Positions 25,841 through 35,905 of a stretch of DNA of 64,000 nucleotides are shown piece by piece. The stretch comes from an uncultured Gammaproteobacteria bacterium (lineage in GTDB: Bacteria > Patescibacteriota > Microgenomatia > Levybacterales > GWA1-39-11), in assembly GCA_964511305.1 (NCBI GenBank), contig CAZEEU010000001.1, positions 191,378 through 255,377 of the forward strand. Direction: 5' to 3'. Every line of letters begins with the position of its first letter. Position 1 is the first letter of the stretch. The notes beneath the pieces are model-generated. The model saw nothing but the letters and a program-made list of their open reading frames with translations, searched no databases and was not told the DNA's origin. The translations under genes were made by a program, and so were the position numbers.

Positions 25841-27178
25841 ATGGATAAAAAGATTCTAGAATTTCCTAAAGAATTTCTATTTGGGAGCGCTACTGCAGCT
25901 CATCAGGTAGAAGGTAACGAGGGAGAGCGCAATACTGACTGGGATGTCTTTATGAAGCAATATCCTGAAATCATAAATATGCATGAAAAAGGTCCTGAGT
26001 GGTGGAAGCAAGGTCGAGCAGAACATGACATCCAAACCATGGCAAACTTAGGCATGAAAGTCCAAAGGATTGGGATATCTTGGGGCCGAATTGAGCCTCA
26101 AAAAGGAAATATCAACTTAGAAGCAGTTGCACGATATAAAGAGATCATCAAAAAAATTATTGATAGTGGCATGATCCCGATGATCACTCTTAATCACTAT
26201 GTTCTCCCACAGTGGGTTGCTCGCGAAGGTAGTTGGGAAAATAAAAGAACCATTGGCCATTTTGAACATTTTGTAAAATTTGCAGTCTTGGAATTTCCGG
26301 AAGTAAAGTATTGGCTTACTCTAAATGAGCCGAATATCCTGGTGATATTAGGCTATTTTTCAAAATACTACCCTCCAGCAAAAAACAGCCTGTTTTCTGC
26401 AAGCGTTGCTCGTTTTAATATGCTGGAAGCGCATAGAAAAGCCTACAAGAAAATTAAATCAATAAGTCCCATGTCAAAAGTTGGCCTAACTTTTGCATTT
26501 AGATGGAATCTTCCAGAACATAAAAATTACATTCTGGATAAATGGTACGCGAAATTAGTTAACCACATTAGCGTTGGGAGTTATGTTGAAGCAACAAAAA
26601 AATACATGGACTTTATAGGGTGTAATTATTACACAGGTTATTATCTTAACTTGGATATAAGGAAATTGAAATTTAGAGCAAGACACACAGATAAAGTCAC
26701 AGCAAAAACGCTTTTATTTGGAGAAACGCGGAAACCTGCTTCATACAAATCTGACTACGGCTGGCCAATAGTCCCCGACTTTTTCCTGGAAGTTCTTCGC
26801 TACCTAAATAGCACATTCAACCTTCCTATTATAATTACAGAAAATGGACTAGCCGATAAAGAAGACAAAAGAAGATCTTTCTTCATCCTCACACATCTTG
26901 TCGCCGTTTGGAAAGCCGTGCAAGAAGGAGCCAAGATACAACAATACCTTCATTGGTCAACAGTGGACAATTTGGAATGGATCCTGGGATATACGAAAGA
27001 CTTTGGTCTTATAGACAATAACCCAATAACTGGTGAAAGAAAGCTTAGAAATAGCGCACATCTTTATAGTGAGATCGTAAAAGAAAGCAAGATTGATATA
27101 GACAAATTGATTTCAAAATATCTCCTAAAAGAAGAAGGTGAAAAAGCACAAGAAGTTATTGAAAGAATGCTGTTGTAG
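25841..27178 (+). CDS. Glycoside hydrolase family 1 (beta-glucosidase-like)
   Basis: FPKEFLFGSATAAHQVEG, TLNEP and ITENG catalytic motifs. Confidence 0.95.
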   Translation: MDKKILEFPKEFLFGSATAAHQVEGNEGERNTDWDVFMKQYPEIINMHEKGPEWWKQGRAEHDIQTMANLGMKVQRIGISWGRIEPQKGNINLEAVARYKEIIKKIIDSGMIPMITLNHYVLPQWVAREGSWENKRTIGHFEHFVKFAVLEFPEVKYWLTLNEPNILVILGYFSKYYPPAKNSLFSASVARFNMLEAHRKAYKKIKSISPMSKVGLTFAFRWNLPEHKNYILDKWYAKLVNHISVGSYVEATKKYMDFIGCNYYTGYYLNLDIRKLKFRARHTDKVTAKTLLFGETRKPASYKSDYGWPIVPDFFLEVLRYLNSTFNLPIIITENGLADKEDKRRSFFILTHLVAVWKAVQEGAKIQQYLHWSTVDNLEWILGYTKDFGLIDNNPITGERKLRNSAHLYSEIVKESKIDIDKLISKYLLKEEGEKAQEVIERMLL

Positions 27179-27219
27179 CCCCAATTTGCTGACGCAAATC
27201 GAAAGCAAAGCGTGCCCCG

Positions 27220-27275
27220 ACTAGTCCGCAAGGGTAAGCAGAGCTTGCCCTAGCTAAGCACTAGTCCGCAAGGGT
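27220..27275. repeat. 16-bp direct repeat of the lon 3' end enclosing a hairpin (possible bidirectional terminator)
   Basis: ACTAGTCCGCAAGGGT at 27220 and 27260; hairpin AGGGTAAGC-AGA-GCTTGCCCT. Confidence 0.7.
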
Positions 27276-29663
27276 TGGCGTGGGAGTTGTTAGATTGTGT
27301 TTCTTTTCTTTCTCTCCTTTTATCTCCTTAAATCCTGGCAATGGTTTTGTGAGTGCAACCTTCAAAACTTCGTCCATATGAGACACGAAAACAAATCGTA
27401 TGTCTTTTGCTACCTCTTTTGGAATCTCTTCAAGATCTTTTCTATTTTCTTTTGGCATGATTATTGTTCTAAGTCCTGCTCTATGTGCAGCAATAACTTT
27501 TTCTTTAACTCCGCCAATTTCAAGTATTTTTCCTCGAATTGTAACTTCTCCTGTCATCCCCACTAAATGATTTGTAGGAATCTTAGTCAAAGCAGAAACT
27601 AATGCAGTTGTAATTGTATCTCCTGCAGATGGTCCATCTTTTGGAACCGCGCCTTCTGGAACGTGGATATGGATATCGAGTGTTTTGTAGAAATCTTCAG
27701 AAAGTCCAAATTTCTTTGCTCGTGCTCTAACATACGTCATTGCCGCCTGGCATGACTCTTTCATAACATCTCCCAACTGCCCGGTTATTATAAGCTGTCC
27801 TTTTCCATGCATAAGTGCTACTTCTATGAAAAGGATGTCTCCTCCAACCTCTGTCCACGCAAGTCCAGTTGCAATACCAACTTCGTTTTTCCTTTCAGCG
27901 ATAGTTGATGAATATTTTTCTGGTCCTAAAAATTTTGTAACATTCTTTTCTGTAACCATTATTTTTTCTTTCTGTCCTTCAGCAACTTTTCTAGCAATCT
28001 TTCTATCAATTGTTGCAATTTGACGCTCAAGATTTCTTACACCAGCTTCTCTTGTGTATCTATTAATAACGTGACCAAGCGCACTATCTGAGATTTTAAC
28101 CTGAGAGCTCTTTAATCCGTGAGCAGTGAGTTGTTTTTTAACTAAAAAGTCTTTTGCTATATGGAATTTTTCATCCTGTGTGTATCCTGCAAAATTAATT
28201 ATCTCGAGTCTATCTCTTAATGCTGGTGGAATAGTATCAAGTCTATTTGCAGTTGTTATGAACATAACATCAGAAAGATCAAATGGAACCTCAAGATAGT
28301 GATCAGAAAATCCACCATTTTGTTCTGGATCTAGCGCTTCAAGAAGAGCGGATGATGGATCTCCCCTAAAGTCTGCGCCGACTTTGTCGATTTCGTCCAA
28401 CATAAAAACAGGGTTTTTTGTTCCAGCATCTTTAATACCCTGTATTATTCTTCCTGGAAGTGCTCCTACATATGTCCTTCTATGGCCTCGGATTTCAGCT
28501 TCGTCTCTAATACCACCTAAGGAAACTTTTACAAATTCTCTACCTAATGACTTTGCAATACTCTTTCCAATAGATGTCTTTCCAACACCTGGAGGTCCTG
28601 CAAAACAAAGGATTGGTCCCTTCATTTTTCCGGATAATTTATGCACAGCCAAGTACTCAATAACGCGCTCTTTTACTTTTGAAAGGCCGTAATGTCCTTC
28701 ATCCAAAATCTTTTCAGCACTTTTTATATCTATTTTACTTTCAGTTTTTTTGCTCCATGGAATAGAAACCATCCACTCTAGGTAATTGCGTAGATATCCA
28801 GATTCTGGGTTATAAGGAGTAAGCTGTTGAAGCTTTTTAAGCTCCTTCATCATCTTATCTTCAATGTCTTTTGGCATTCCTGCTTTCTTTATTTTGTCAG
28901 AAAGCTCTTTTATCTCTCCCCCATCCTCTGTCTCACCTAGTTCTTTTTCAATGGTTTTAAGTCTTTCTCTTAATATTGCGTCTTTTGTGGATTTTTCTAG
29001 TTGTTCTTGTGTTTTTGAAGCAATTTTACGTTCTAATTCAAGAACCTTTACTTCTTTATCCAAATATTCACTTACTTTCTCCAGTCTCTTCTTTACATTT
29101 ACTGTCTCAAGAATTTCTTGTCTTTCAGATCCTTTAATGTCTAATGTGGATGCTATCTGATCAGCGAGTTCTGATGCTGAGATATCAGACATAATGTTCA
29201 TAAATACCAAAAAATCAGCTTGTTTTCCGAGACTTAAAGCTTTTTTAAATGAAGCAGTCAAATGATTCATAAGTGCTCTTAGTTCTGGATTTTCTGCCTC
29301 AAAATCATCAATTTCATGAACAACTGCCTGCATATATTGTGATGATTGAGAAAAACTAACGATCTGAGCTCTCGAAAGACCCTTTACCAATGCGTTAACT
29401 TCACCGTCGGAGCGGATCATTCGCTCAATGTGAGCAACTGTACCCATTTGATAGAGGTCTGAGATATCTGGATCTTCCTGACGAGGATTCTTTTGAAGGA
29501 CAAAACATACAACTCTTTCACCTGAAAAAGCGGTCTCAAGAGCTGCAAGACTTCTGGGTCTACCAAAAGTAAGTATTGATTCTGTGTGAGGAAAAACAAT
29601 TCCGTCCCTGATTGGAATTATCGGGATCATTTTTTCATTGTAACTATCGTAGTTGTTTGGCAT
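27261..29663 (-). CDS. lon: ATP-dependent Lon protease
   Basis: GPPGVGKTS, RRTYVGALPG, DEIDK and PKDGPSAG. Confidence 0.98.
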   Translation of the reverse strand: MPNNYDSYNEKMIPIIPIRDGIVFPHTESILTFGRPRSLAALETAFSGERVVCFVLQKNPRQEDPDISDLYQMGTVAHIERMIRSDGEVNALVKGLSRAQIVSFSQSSQYMQAVVHEIDDFEAENPELRALMNHLTASFKKALSLGKQADFLVFMNIMSDISASELADQIASTLDIKGSERQEILETVNVKKRLEKVSEYLDKEVKVLELERKIASKTQEQLEKSTKDAILRERLKTIEKELGETEDGGEIKELSDKIKKAGMPKDIEDKMMKELKKLQQLTPYNPESGYLRNYLEWMVSIPWSKKTESKIDIKSAEKILDEGHYGLSKVKERVIEYLAVHKLSGKMKGPILCFAGPPGVGKTSIGKSIAKSLGREFVKVSLGGIRDEAEIRGHRRTYVGALPGRIIQGIKDAGTKNPVFMLDEIDKVGADFRGDPSSALLEALDPEQNGGFSDHYLEVPFDLSDVMFITTANRLDTIPPALRDRLEIINFAGYTQDEKFHIAKDFLVKKQLTAHGLKSSQVKISDSALGHVINRYTREAGVRNLERQIATIDRKIARKVAEGQKEKIMVTEKNVTKFLGPEKYSSTIAERKNEVGIATGLAWTEVGGDILFIEVALMHGKGQLIITGQLGDVMKESCQAAMTYVRARAKKFGLSEDFYKTLDIHIHVPEGAVPKDGPSAGDTITTALVSALTKIPTNHLVGMTGEVTIRGKILEIGGVKEKVIAAHRAGLRTIIMPKENRKDLEEIPKEVAKDIRFVFVSHMDEVLKVALTKPLPGFKEIKGEKEKKHNLTTPTPTLAD

Positions 29664-29670
29664 AATTCCG

Positions 29671-29704
29671 TTAGCAGTTTAGCAAATTAATTGCTAATTG
29701 TCAA
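29671..29704 (-). promoter_or_regulatory. lon promoter overlapped by a CIRCE-like (HrcA) operator
   Basis: Minus strand TTGACA-17-TAAACT; inverted repeat TTAGCAATT-N9-AACTGCTAA matches the CIRCE geometry TTAGCACTC-N9-GAGTGCTAA. Confidence 0.7.
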
Positions 29705-29841
29705 TTCTTTGGAAGATAAATTCAGATGCTAGAAGTAGATAGAATAAAACTATTATAACTGGATAAAACAAAGAATGCGAGGGGGCATTTTAGGCATATA
29801 TTTAATAAATAATTCATAATCTTTTGCTTATCATGCTGTAG

Positions 29842-30108
29842 GTGAAATATTTATCTATCGCGACGATTATTGTCACAATATGTTTTGAGATTGTTCTACT
29901 TTATTACTATTTTTTTGTACTGCTACCCTCCTATAACAAAATTGGCTATAACAAGCCGGAACTTGAAGATGGAGCCTCCCCAACATGCTCATTATTCATT
30001 ACTCAAAGTGAGGCACAAGAATTTTACATTCTCTACAAGGAATCAATTGAGAATGCAGAACAACTCGATAATGACGATGACGGAAAGGTATGCGAAAATC
30101 TGCCATGA
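29842..30108 (+). CDS. Excalibur calcium-binding domain protein
   Basis: TM followed by CSLFITQSEAQEFY...LDNDDDGKVCENLP. Confidence 0.8.
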   Translation: MKYLSIATIIVTICFEIVLLYYYFFVLLPSYNKIGYNKPELEDGASPTCSLFITQSEAQEFYILYKESIENAEQLDNDDDGKVCENLP

Positions 30109-30410
30109 AAATTGTACCAACCAGACCATCTAATTACCCGTTCTTTATCCTATTATATTGGCTGATAATTTGGCTTTTTGTATCAGTTATCATTTATATC
30201 AATCTGTCCTCTCGTTCTATTGAGGGAAGCATACCAACAAAGGATTGCGTTAGAGAAAAAGACAATATCTGCGTGTTATTTTCTGCACCATACAAAGTCC
30301 CATTGCAGCAAGAATTATCTATCCAAATAGTGGGGGCAGGAATTTTAATAGGTGCGGTAGTTACAACTTATGGCTATGGAAGAATGATTTTAGCTTATAA
30401 GCGACACTAA
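30105..30410 (+). CDS. Hypothetical 2-TM protein
   Basis: ATGA overlap with the upstream stop; hydrophobic segments. Confidence 0.55.
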   Translation: MKIVPTRPSNYPFFILLYWLIIWLFVSVIIYINLSSRSIEGSIPTKDCVREKDNICVLFSAPYKVPLQQELSIQIVGAGILIGAVVTTYGYGRMILAYKRH

Positions 30411-30877
30411 ATGTATGCATTGGGCGGTGTAACCGGTGGAGGTCCTAGCGGATCTTTGGGGGCATTTGAATTTACTCCGTAAAGATATTTACTATCATCA
30501 AATGCAATAATAAAGTACCCCAAAGGTAGAATGAGAATAAAAATTGCCGAAAATGCTGCGCTTTTACCAAATGCTTTACCTAACTCAATTGAAATAATGA
30601 TTTGTGGGATCAACTGTAGATATGGAATAAAGAAAAGAAGCGTTAACCATGTTGGCTTTTTAACGATCTGAAGCATTACATAGACATTATAAACAGGGAT
30701 TAGTGCATACCACCCCGACCTACCCGCTTTTGTGAATATCCTCCAGGTTGCTGCAAGAATTAACAAGCAAACCAAAACAGATATCACAACGCCTATCGCG
30801 CCAAAAATCCATATTAGACCAGGGTCAATAGCTGGGATGCCAGATGTATCGATAGCACTAAGATCTTTATAGTCCAT
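30407..30877 (-). CDS. DUF5684-like membrane protein
   Basis: WRIFTKAGRSGWYALIPVYN...LGKAFGKS...IAF. Confidence 0.85.
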   Translation of the reverse strand: MDYKDLSAIDTSGIPAIDPGLIWIFGAIGVVISVLVCLLILAATWRIFTKAGRSGWYALIPVYNVYVMLQIVKKPTWLTLLFFIPYLQLIPQIIISIELGKAFGKSAAFSAIFILILPLGYFIIAFDDSKYLYGVNSNAPKDPLGPPPVTPPNAYI

Positions 30878-30961
30878 TTATATAGATGGACTTGGTTCCC
30901 ATAGTCCATATCTATTTATAGGTTTATTTTGAAAACATTGTCAACGTAAAAATACTAGAGT

Positions 30962-33900
30962 ATGCTTTTAACTATAGAAGTTATTCGTCATAAAATTAGG
31001 CACAAAATTGCCAAAGGATTTACCCTTTTGCAAAAAGGGCAAAATGGTTCTAAGCTTCTGAAAAAAGTGAAGACCGGCTTTACGCTGGTTGAACTTCTTG
31101 TGGTGTTAGGCATATTAGCTGTAATGCTTGCCTTGGTACTTATTGCTATTAACCCCCTCGAAATGTTGAATAAGACACAAGATGTAGCTGTGCAGCAAGT
31201 TACGAAAGACTTTGCCTCAGCAACCAAATATTTTTACGCAACTGAAAAGACTACCCCTTGGGAAAAGAATACTTCTTGCAGAGATGAACTTGCAACCAAA
31301 GATACAGTGAGCCAAATGCCTTCATGCGTCCAGGAGCTGACAAAAGGCGGAGACCTTCAAACAAAAGCAGTCAACTCCGATGAAGCAAAGGATATTTTTA
31401 TGACGGAGTGTAGTGGTTCTGTTGCGCTCTGCTACAAACCTAAATCTTCTACTTATAGAAATGACTCCAATGCAAAGTATGGAAGAAATGGTGCTCTTAA
31501 TCCAGAGTGCCCAGGAGGAGATAACTGCTATACGTGTGAATTTACTACCAATGAGGCTCAAGAGTGTTTTGAGATAATGAGTCCAAATGCAGAAATCGCA
31601 TCAGCAACTTTTTCAGATCCCGAAGAACCAATGCCAATTGTTGAACGTCCTTCAATAAGTGTCTGCAGCGACCCTCAAGATGGAGCTGCATCCTGCATGT
31701 CGGATCTCGTAACTGATTCCAAGGGCACTCCACTCACAACCCTCGCTACTCCAAATGGACTTTCACCTGAACAAATGCACAAAGCATATAATTTGCCTTG
31801 TACACCTGGTGCCAATACCATTGACTGGCAATGCGATACCCCCACAATCTTTGGACCAAAAACAGTAGCAGTAATACTTGCATTCCATAGCCCCACCATC
31901 GAAGCAGATCTTGCCGTTTACTCTCAAACATTTGGTCTTCCACCATGCACTAAAGCAAATGGATGCCTAACCATTGTTAACCAAAACGGCCAAACGAGTC
32001 CGCTACCTTCAGGACGTGACTCAACCTGGGCAGTAGAAGCAGCAATGGATGTACAAATTGCACATGCTATATGCCAAACATGCAAAATATTGCTCGTAGA
32101 AGCAGAGGATAATTATTTTACTAATTTAGGGGCTGCAACAAGCAGAGCGGCACAAATGGGCGCCACAGTAATTTCCAATAGTTATGGCAACTATGAGTAC
32201 CCTTCATATGCTCAATATGAGTCTTTCTACGACCATCCCGGAATAGCAGTTACAGCTTCATCGGGGGATTGGGGGTACGGAACAATCTTCCCTGCTTCTC
32301 ACTCCAAAGTTATAGGTGTTGGAGGAACAGAGCTATCATTATTCCCTGATAATTCATATGCAGGTGAGAAAACATGGAATGGTGCAGGAAGCGGATGCTC
32401 TGCAACACGACTCGCAGGAACTTACCAAACTTCACTCCCTAACTGGTCTGCGGTTGGATGTGGCACAAAAAAATCAGTATCAGATGTTTCGGCTGTTGCA
32501 AGTCCCTATACGGGAGCTGCGATCTATGATTCTGGCAATGGTTTTGGATCTTCAGGATGGAAAATAATTGGAGGCACCAGCTTATCATCTCCACTATATG
32601 CGGCAGTCGTTGCTCTTCAAGGAGGCATACCATCAGGGACTGATGGTTCTGCTTTCCCATATACCCAACAAAATAAATTTAGGGATGTAAATATAGGCTC
32701 AAATGGAAGCTGTGGGGGAATGCTTAAATGTATGGCAGGTGTAGGCTATGACGGGCCAACTGGTCTAGGTACACCCAATTTACTTCCCTCAGGAGAAGTA
32801 GTACCAACAGTAATCTACACCCCTACTCCTATTCGTCCTTCAGAGCCACCCACACCAACTACGCCAGTTACACCAACATTAGCTCCACGACCCGTTCCGC
32901 CACCTACCAATCAACAAGTATGGATAGGGAGCGGCTGGGGTATTTATCGCTTCACAACTGAAGGAATTGTTGCTCCCAACGTCGTCCCAAGGACAGCACA
33001 TGGATTAGCTGTTGTTGGTCAAGAGGTATGGGCAACAGACTTCCTACGTAATATTATTTATAGATATAACTTTGATGGCACTCAAACAAAACCTGCCATA
33101 ACAAACGCTAATCTAAAAAACCCGTCCTCCCTAACTGTTGTAGGATCTCAAGTGTGGGTTGTAAATTCAAATGTCGGAAATCTCCCAAATAAGATTGTTA
33201 GATTTAATTTTGACGGAACAAGTGCCGGGGAACCACTCGCAGGCAATGGATTATGCGCACAGTCAAATATTGCTGTTGTAGGTTCTCAGGTGTGGATAGG
33301 CAACAACTCGACCGCTTCCGATTGCGCATATCCTGCCATAAATGGAACGATTTCAAGATTCAAGTTTGATGGAACAAGCGCTGGAACACCTTTATCGGGC
33401 AATGGGATTTCGGGTGTAAATGGCATCGCAGTCGTAGGATCTCAGGTGTGGGTATCAAACAGGCGCAATGCCACTGTTTCACGATTCAAGCTTGATGGGA
33501 CAAGCGCAGGAACCGTATTGTCAGGCAATGGAATAACATTTCCCGGTTATATACTACCTGTAGGAAATGCCATTTGGATTGGAAACATTATGCTCAACAC
33601 ACAACCGCATAGAGATAATATTTCCAAGTTCACCCCTAGTGGTTCACCTAGCGGAATGATAAATTTTCCTGAGGACATTATTGGAAGCAATGCGTCACTT
33701 AGTTTTAACGATGCAGTTATTGTGCCGTCATCCAATCTGGGGCTATCAGATCCTCCTTGCAACACAACGCCTACCTTTGCTTTTGTTGATCAAGGTGTAG
33801 CCAATATCAAACCTGGAGACACATTCTATAGAACCATTAAAATAAAGAATAATGACCCAGTAGATTGTGGAACATCTTTTGAGCTTCGTCAAAGTACACC

Positions 33901-35383
33901 AGAAGGCTGGAAAGTAGATGACCAAGCAAATTCCGCAAAGATTTCACTACCAACAAGCTACTATCTAACTGGTGGCCAAGAAAAAGCCTTTGCTCTCAAA
34001 CTTCAAGTCCCTGCATCAGAAACCTCAACAAATGGCAAATACACCTTATTTGTAGAAAAGTATGGGATAACGACAACAAGCTCGATAACCGGGAATATGC
34101 CCATAATACAACCAACAAGTACTCCTACACCAACACCTACTGCTACTCCGACACCTACAACGGCGCTGAACTGTAGCACTCAGCAAACAGTGACTCTTTT
34201 GCAAAGTCAGCCGATTGTTGCCTTGCCTGGTGATACGGTAAATAATACACTCTCAATCAAGAACAATAACTCAGTTGGATGCTCATCTCTCCTTTATACA
34301 ATAAGTAGTGCAAGACCTACTCCCTGGACACTGTCCGATGTTCCAGCAAGTGTAACAGTTGCGCCGGGGGAAACAAAAGACATATTCTTTACTCTTCAAG
34401 TCCCTCAAAATGCAACAGCTGGTAATTATGGTTATCAGTTTTGGGTTGCAAAACCAGGAGAATCAAGCCCTCTTTCAACAAACGGTTCTGTCCAAGTTGC
34501 CCAGGTCGGTCCAACTCCTACCCCAACACCTACTCCAATCAATTGCTTCCAGGGATGGTCGAATTCGCTGGGAAGTACAAGCCTGAGTGGTAATGCAGGT
34601 GATACGCTTAACCAAACCCTAACTATCACATACAACAATCCTCCAAGCTGTGGAGGAAGCGCAACTTTTGGAATAAGTCATAGCTATCCTTCAGGATGGA
34701 TAATTAACAATCTACCTCCATCCGTACAGCTTGCACCCGGACAATCCATTACTATCCCTTTTACAATCAAAATTTCTACAGGAGCACTAGTCCAAGACTA
34801 CCTGACACAATACTGGGTAAATAGTGGAGGACAACCGATGAATGCCACAATTCATGTATTAGCTACCGCAACACCTCCCGAAGAGCAAATGTTTTCAAAT
34901 TTCAACGCAAAGTCATACGGCAGTTACGCATTATTTGAATACTCATATAACGCGACAGGAAATGTAAGTGGAAGGCTTGATGTCTCGACAGATCCAAATG
35001 GACTAAATACTACAGCAACTCCACCTCCGGCAGGAACTCGCTACGGATTTGCGTTCAATTCTGGAAGCGCAATGGATTCAAGCAACCAGTCGATTCCAAC
35101 AACCGTTCATGGCTTTATTAACAGCAGCCCTCAATCTTGGGCGGGTTGGCAGTGTGGAGCAACGATTTATTATCGAATGTATAACTCTGGGGATTTAAGA
35201 ATTAAGAGTCCTGTAAAATCAACAATCGTCGACTGCACAACTCAGGTTGACGTGTTACCTTGGAATCCTTGGTATGCGGCTATTTATCAGGGTGTATACG
35301 ACGCACGATATGATGCTGATAATAATGGGACAATCAATTATGTAGACTACTGGATATTGGTAAGAGCAACAAGATTAAGATAA
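30962..35383 (+). CDS. Type IV pilin-like N-terminus fused to S53/S8-type serine peptidase, beta-propeller repeats, three Ig-like domains and a dockerin/EF-hand-like tail
   Basis: GFTLVELLVVLGIL...INP; EAAMD, SSGDWG, GGTSLSSP; repeats VVGSQVW..N...RF..DGT; YDADNNGTINYVDY. Confidence 0.82.
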   Translation: MLLTIEVIRHKIRHKIAKGFTLLQKGQNGSKLLKKVKTGFTLVELLVVLGILAVMLALVLIAINPLEMLNKTQDVAVQQVTKDFASATKYFYATEKTTPWEKNTSCRDELATKDTVSQMPSCVQELTKGGDLQTKAVNSDEAKDIFMTECSGSVALCYKPKSSTYRNDSNAKYGRNGALNPECPGGDNCYTCEFTTNEAQECFEIMSPNAEIASATFSDPEEPMPIVERPSISVCSDPQDGAASCMSDLVTDSKGTPLTTLATPNGLSPEQMHKAYNLPCTPGANTIDWQCDTPTIFGPKTVAVILAFHSPTIEADLAVYSQTFGLPPCTKANGCLTIVNQNGQTSPLPSGRDSTWAVEAAMDVQIAHAICQTCKILLVEAEDNYFTNLGAATSRAAQMGATVISNSYGNYEYPSYAQYESFYDHPGIAVTASSGDWGYGTIFPASHSKVIGVGGTELSLFPDNSYAGEKTWNGAGSGCSATRLAGTYQTSLPNWSAVGCGTKKSVSDVSAVASPYTGAAIYDSGNGFGSSGWKIIGGTSLSSPLYAAVVALQGGIPSGTDGSAFPYTQQNKFRDVNIGSNGSCGGMLKCMAGVGYDGPTGLGTPNLLPSGEVVPTVIYTPTPIRPSEPPTPTTPVTPTLAPRPVPPPTNQQVWIGSGWGIYRFTTEGIVAPNVVPRTAHGLAVVGQEVWATDFLRNIIYRYNFDGTQTKPAITNANLKNPSSLTVVGSQVWVVNSNVGNLPNKIVRFNFDGTSAGEPLAGNGLCAQSNIAVVGSQVWIGNNSTASDCAYPAINGTISRFKFDGTSAGTPLSGNGISGVNGIAVVGSQVWVSNRRNATVSRFKLDGTSAGTVLSGNGITFPGYILPVGNAIWIGNIMLNTQPHRDNISKFTPSGSPSGMINFPEDIIGSNASLSFNDAVIVPSSNLGLSDPPCNTTPTFAFVDQGVANIKPGDTFYRTIKIKNNDPVDCGTSFELRQSTPEGWKVDDQANSAKISLPTSYYLTGGQEKAFALKLQVPASETSTNGKYTLFVEKYGITTTSSITGNMPIIQPTSTPTPTPTATPTPTTALNCSTQQTVTLLQSQPIVALPGDTVNNTLSIKNNNSVGCSSLLYTISSARPTPWTLSDVPASVTVAPGETKDIFFTLQVPQNATAGNYGYQFWVAKPGESSPLSTNGSVQVAQVGPTPTPTPTPINCFQGWSNSLGSTSLSGNAGDTLNQTLTITYNNPPSCGGSATFGISHSYPSGWIINNLPPSVQLAPGQSITIPFTIKISTGALVQDYLTQYWVNSGGQPMNATIHVLATATPPEEQMFSNFNAKSYGSYALFEYSYNATGNVSGRLDVSTDPNGLNTTATPPPAGTRYGFAFNSGSAMDSSNQSIPTTVHGFINSSPQSWAGWQCGATIYYRMYNSGDLRIKSPVKSTIVDCTTQVDVLPWNPWYAAIYQGVYDARYDADNNGTINYVDYWILVRATRLR

Positions 35384-35396
35384 AACCAGAATTCTA

Positions 35397-35843
35397 TTAA
35401 AGGGAAGAGGAATTTTGTCTTCTAATTAGGATAAAGCCGATCACTGCTGCAATAATTACAGCAATGATAATAATAGGCAACCAGGGAATTGCCCTTGTTG
35501 TTGCCCCTTTCACTTCTGCAGAAAGCACAATGTCTTTAATTGTTCCTGAGTTAAAAACTTGATCTTTTAGAGTAGCTTTTGGAAGATTGCTTCCTTCTGG
35601 CCCAGCAGCTTCTATTGAATATGTGCCTTGTGGGATCATTACAGAGTATGCTCCATTTGAATCCGTAGAGGAAGCTGCAACTGTTTTATTTTGTTGGTCC
35701 ATGAATGCAACTGACCCCATCCCAATCGGATTTGATTTTGAGTCAGTAAGCTTGCCTGTAATAAGAACATCAGCAGCAAAAGCTTGTGCTGAAAAAACAA
35801 AAAAGAAAAGTACAACAATAAGTCCTTTCACTATATTTTGCAT
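35397..35843 (-). CDS. Secreted carboxypeptidase-regulatory-like (beta-sandwich) protein with C-terminal membrane anchor
   Basis: Signal peptide AFA, ITGKLTD...TDSNGAYS..IPQGTY, C-terminal TM plus RR. Confidence 0.75.
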   Translation of the reverse strand: MQNIVKGLIVVLFFFVFSAQAFAADVLITGKLTDSKSNPIGMGSVAFMDQQNKTVAASSTDSNGAYSVMIPQGTYSIEAAGPEGSNLPKATLKDQVFNSGTIKDIVLSAEVKGATTRAIPWLPIIIIAVIIAAVIGFILIRRQNSSSL

Positions 35844-35905
35844 ATTAATATGGATATTGTTACATGAGCTTCAATCTAAGTCAACTTAATTAATAGCTCC
35901 TACTG

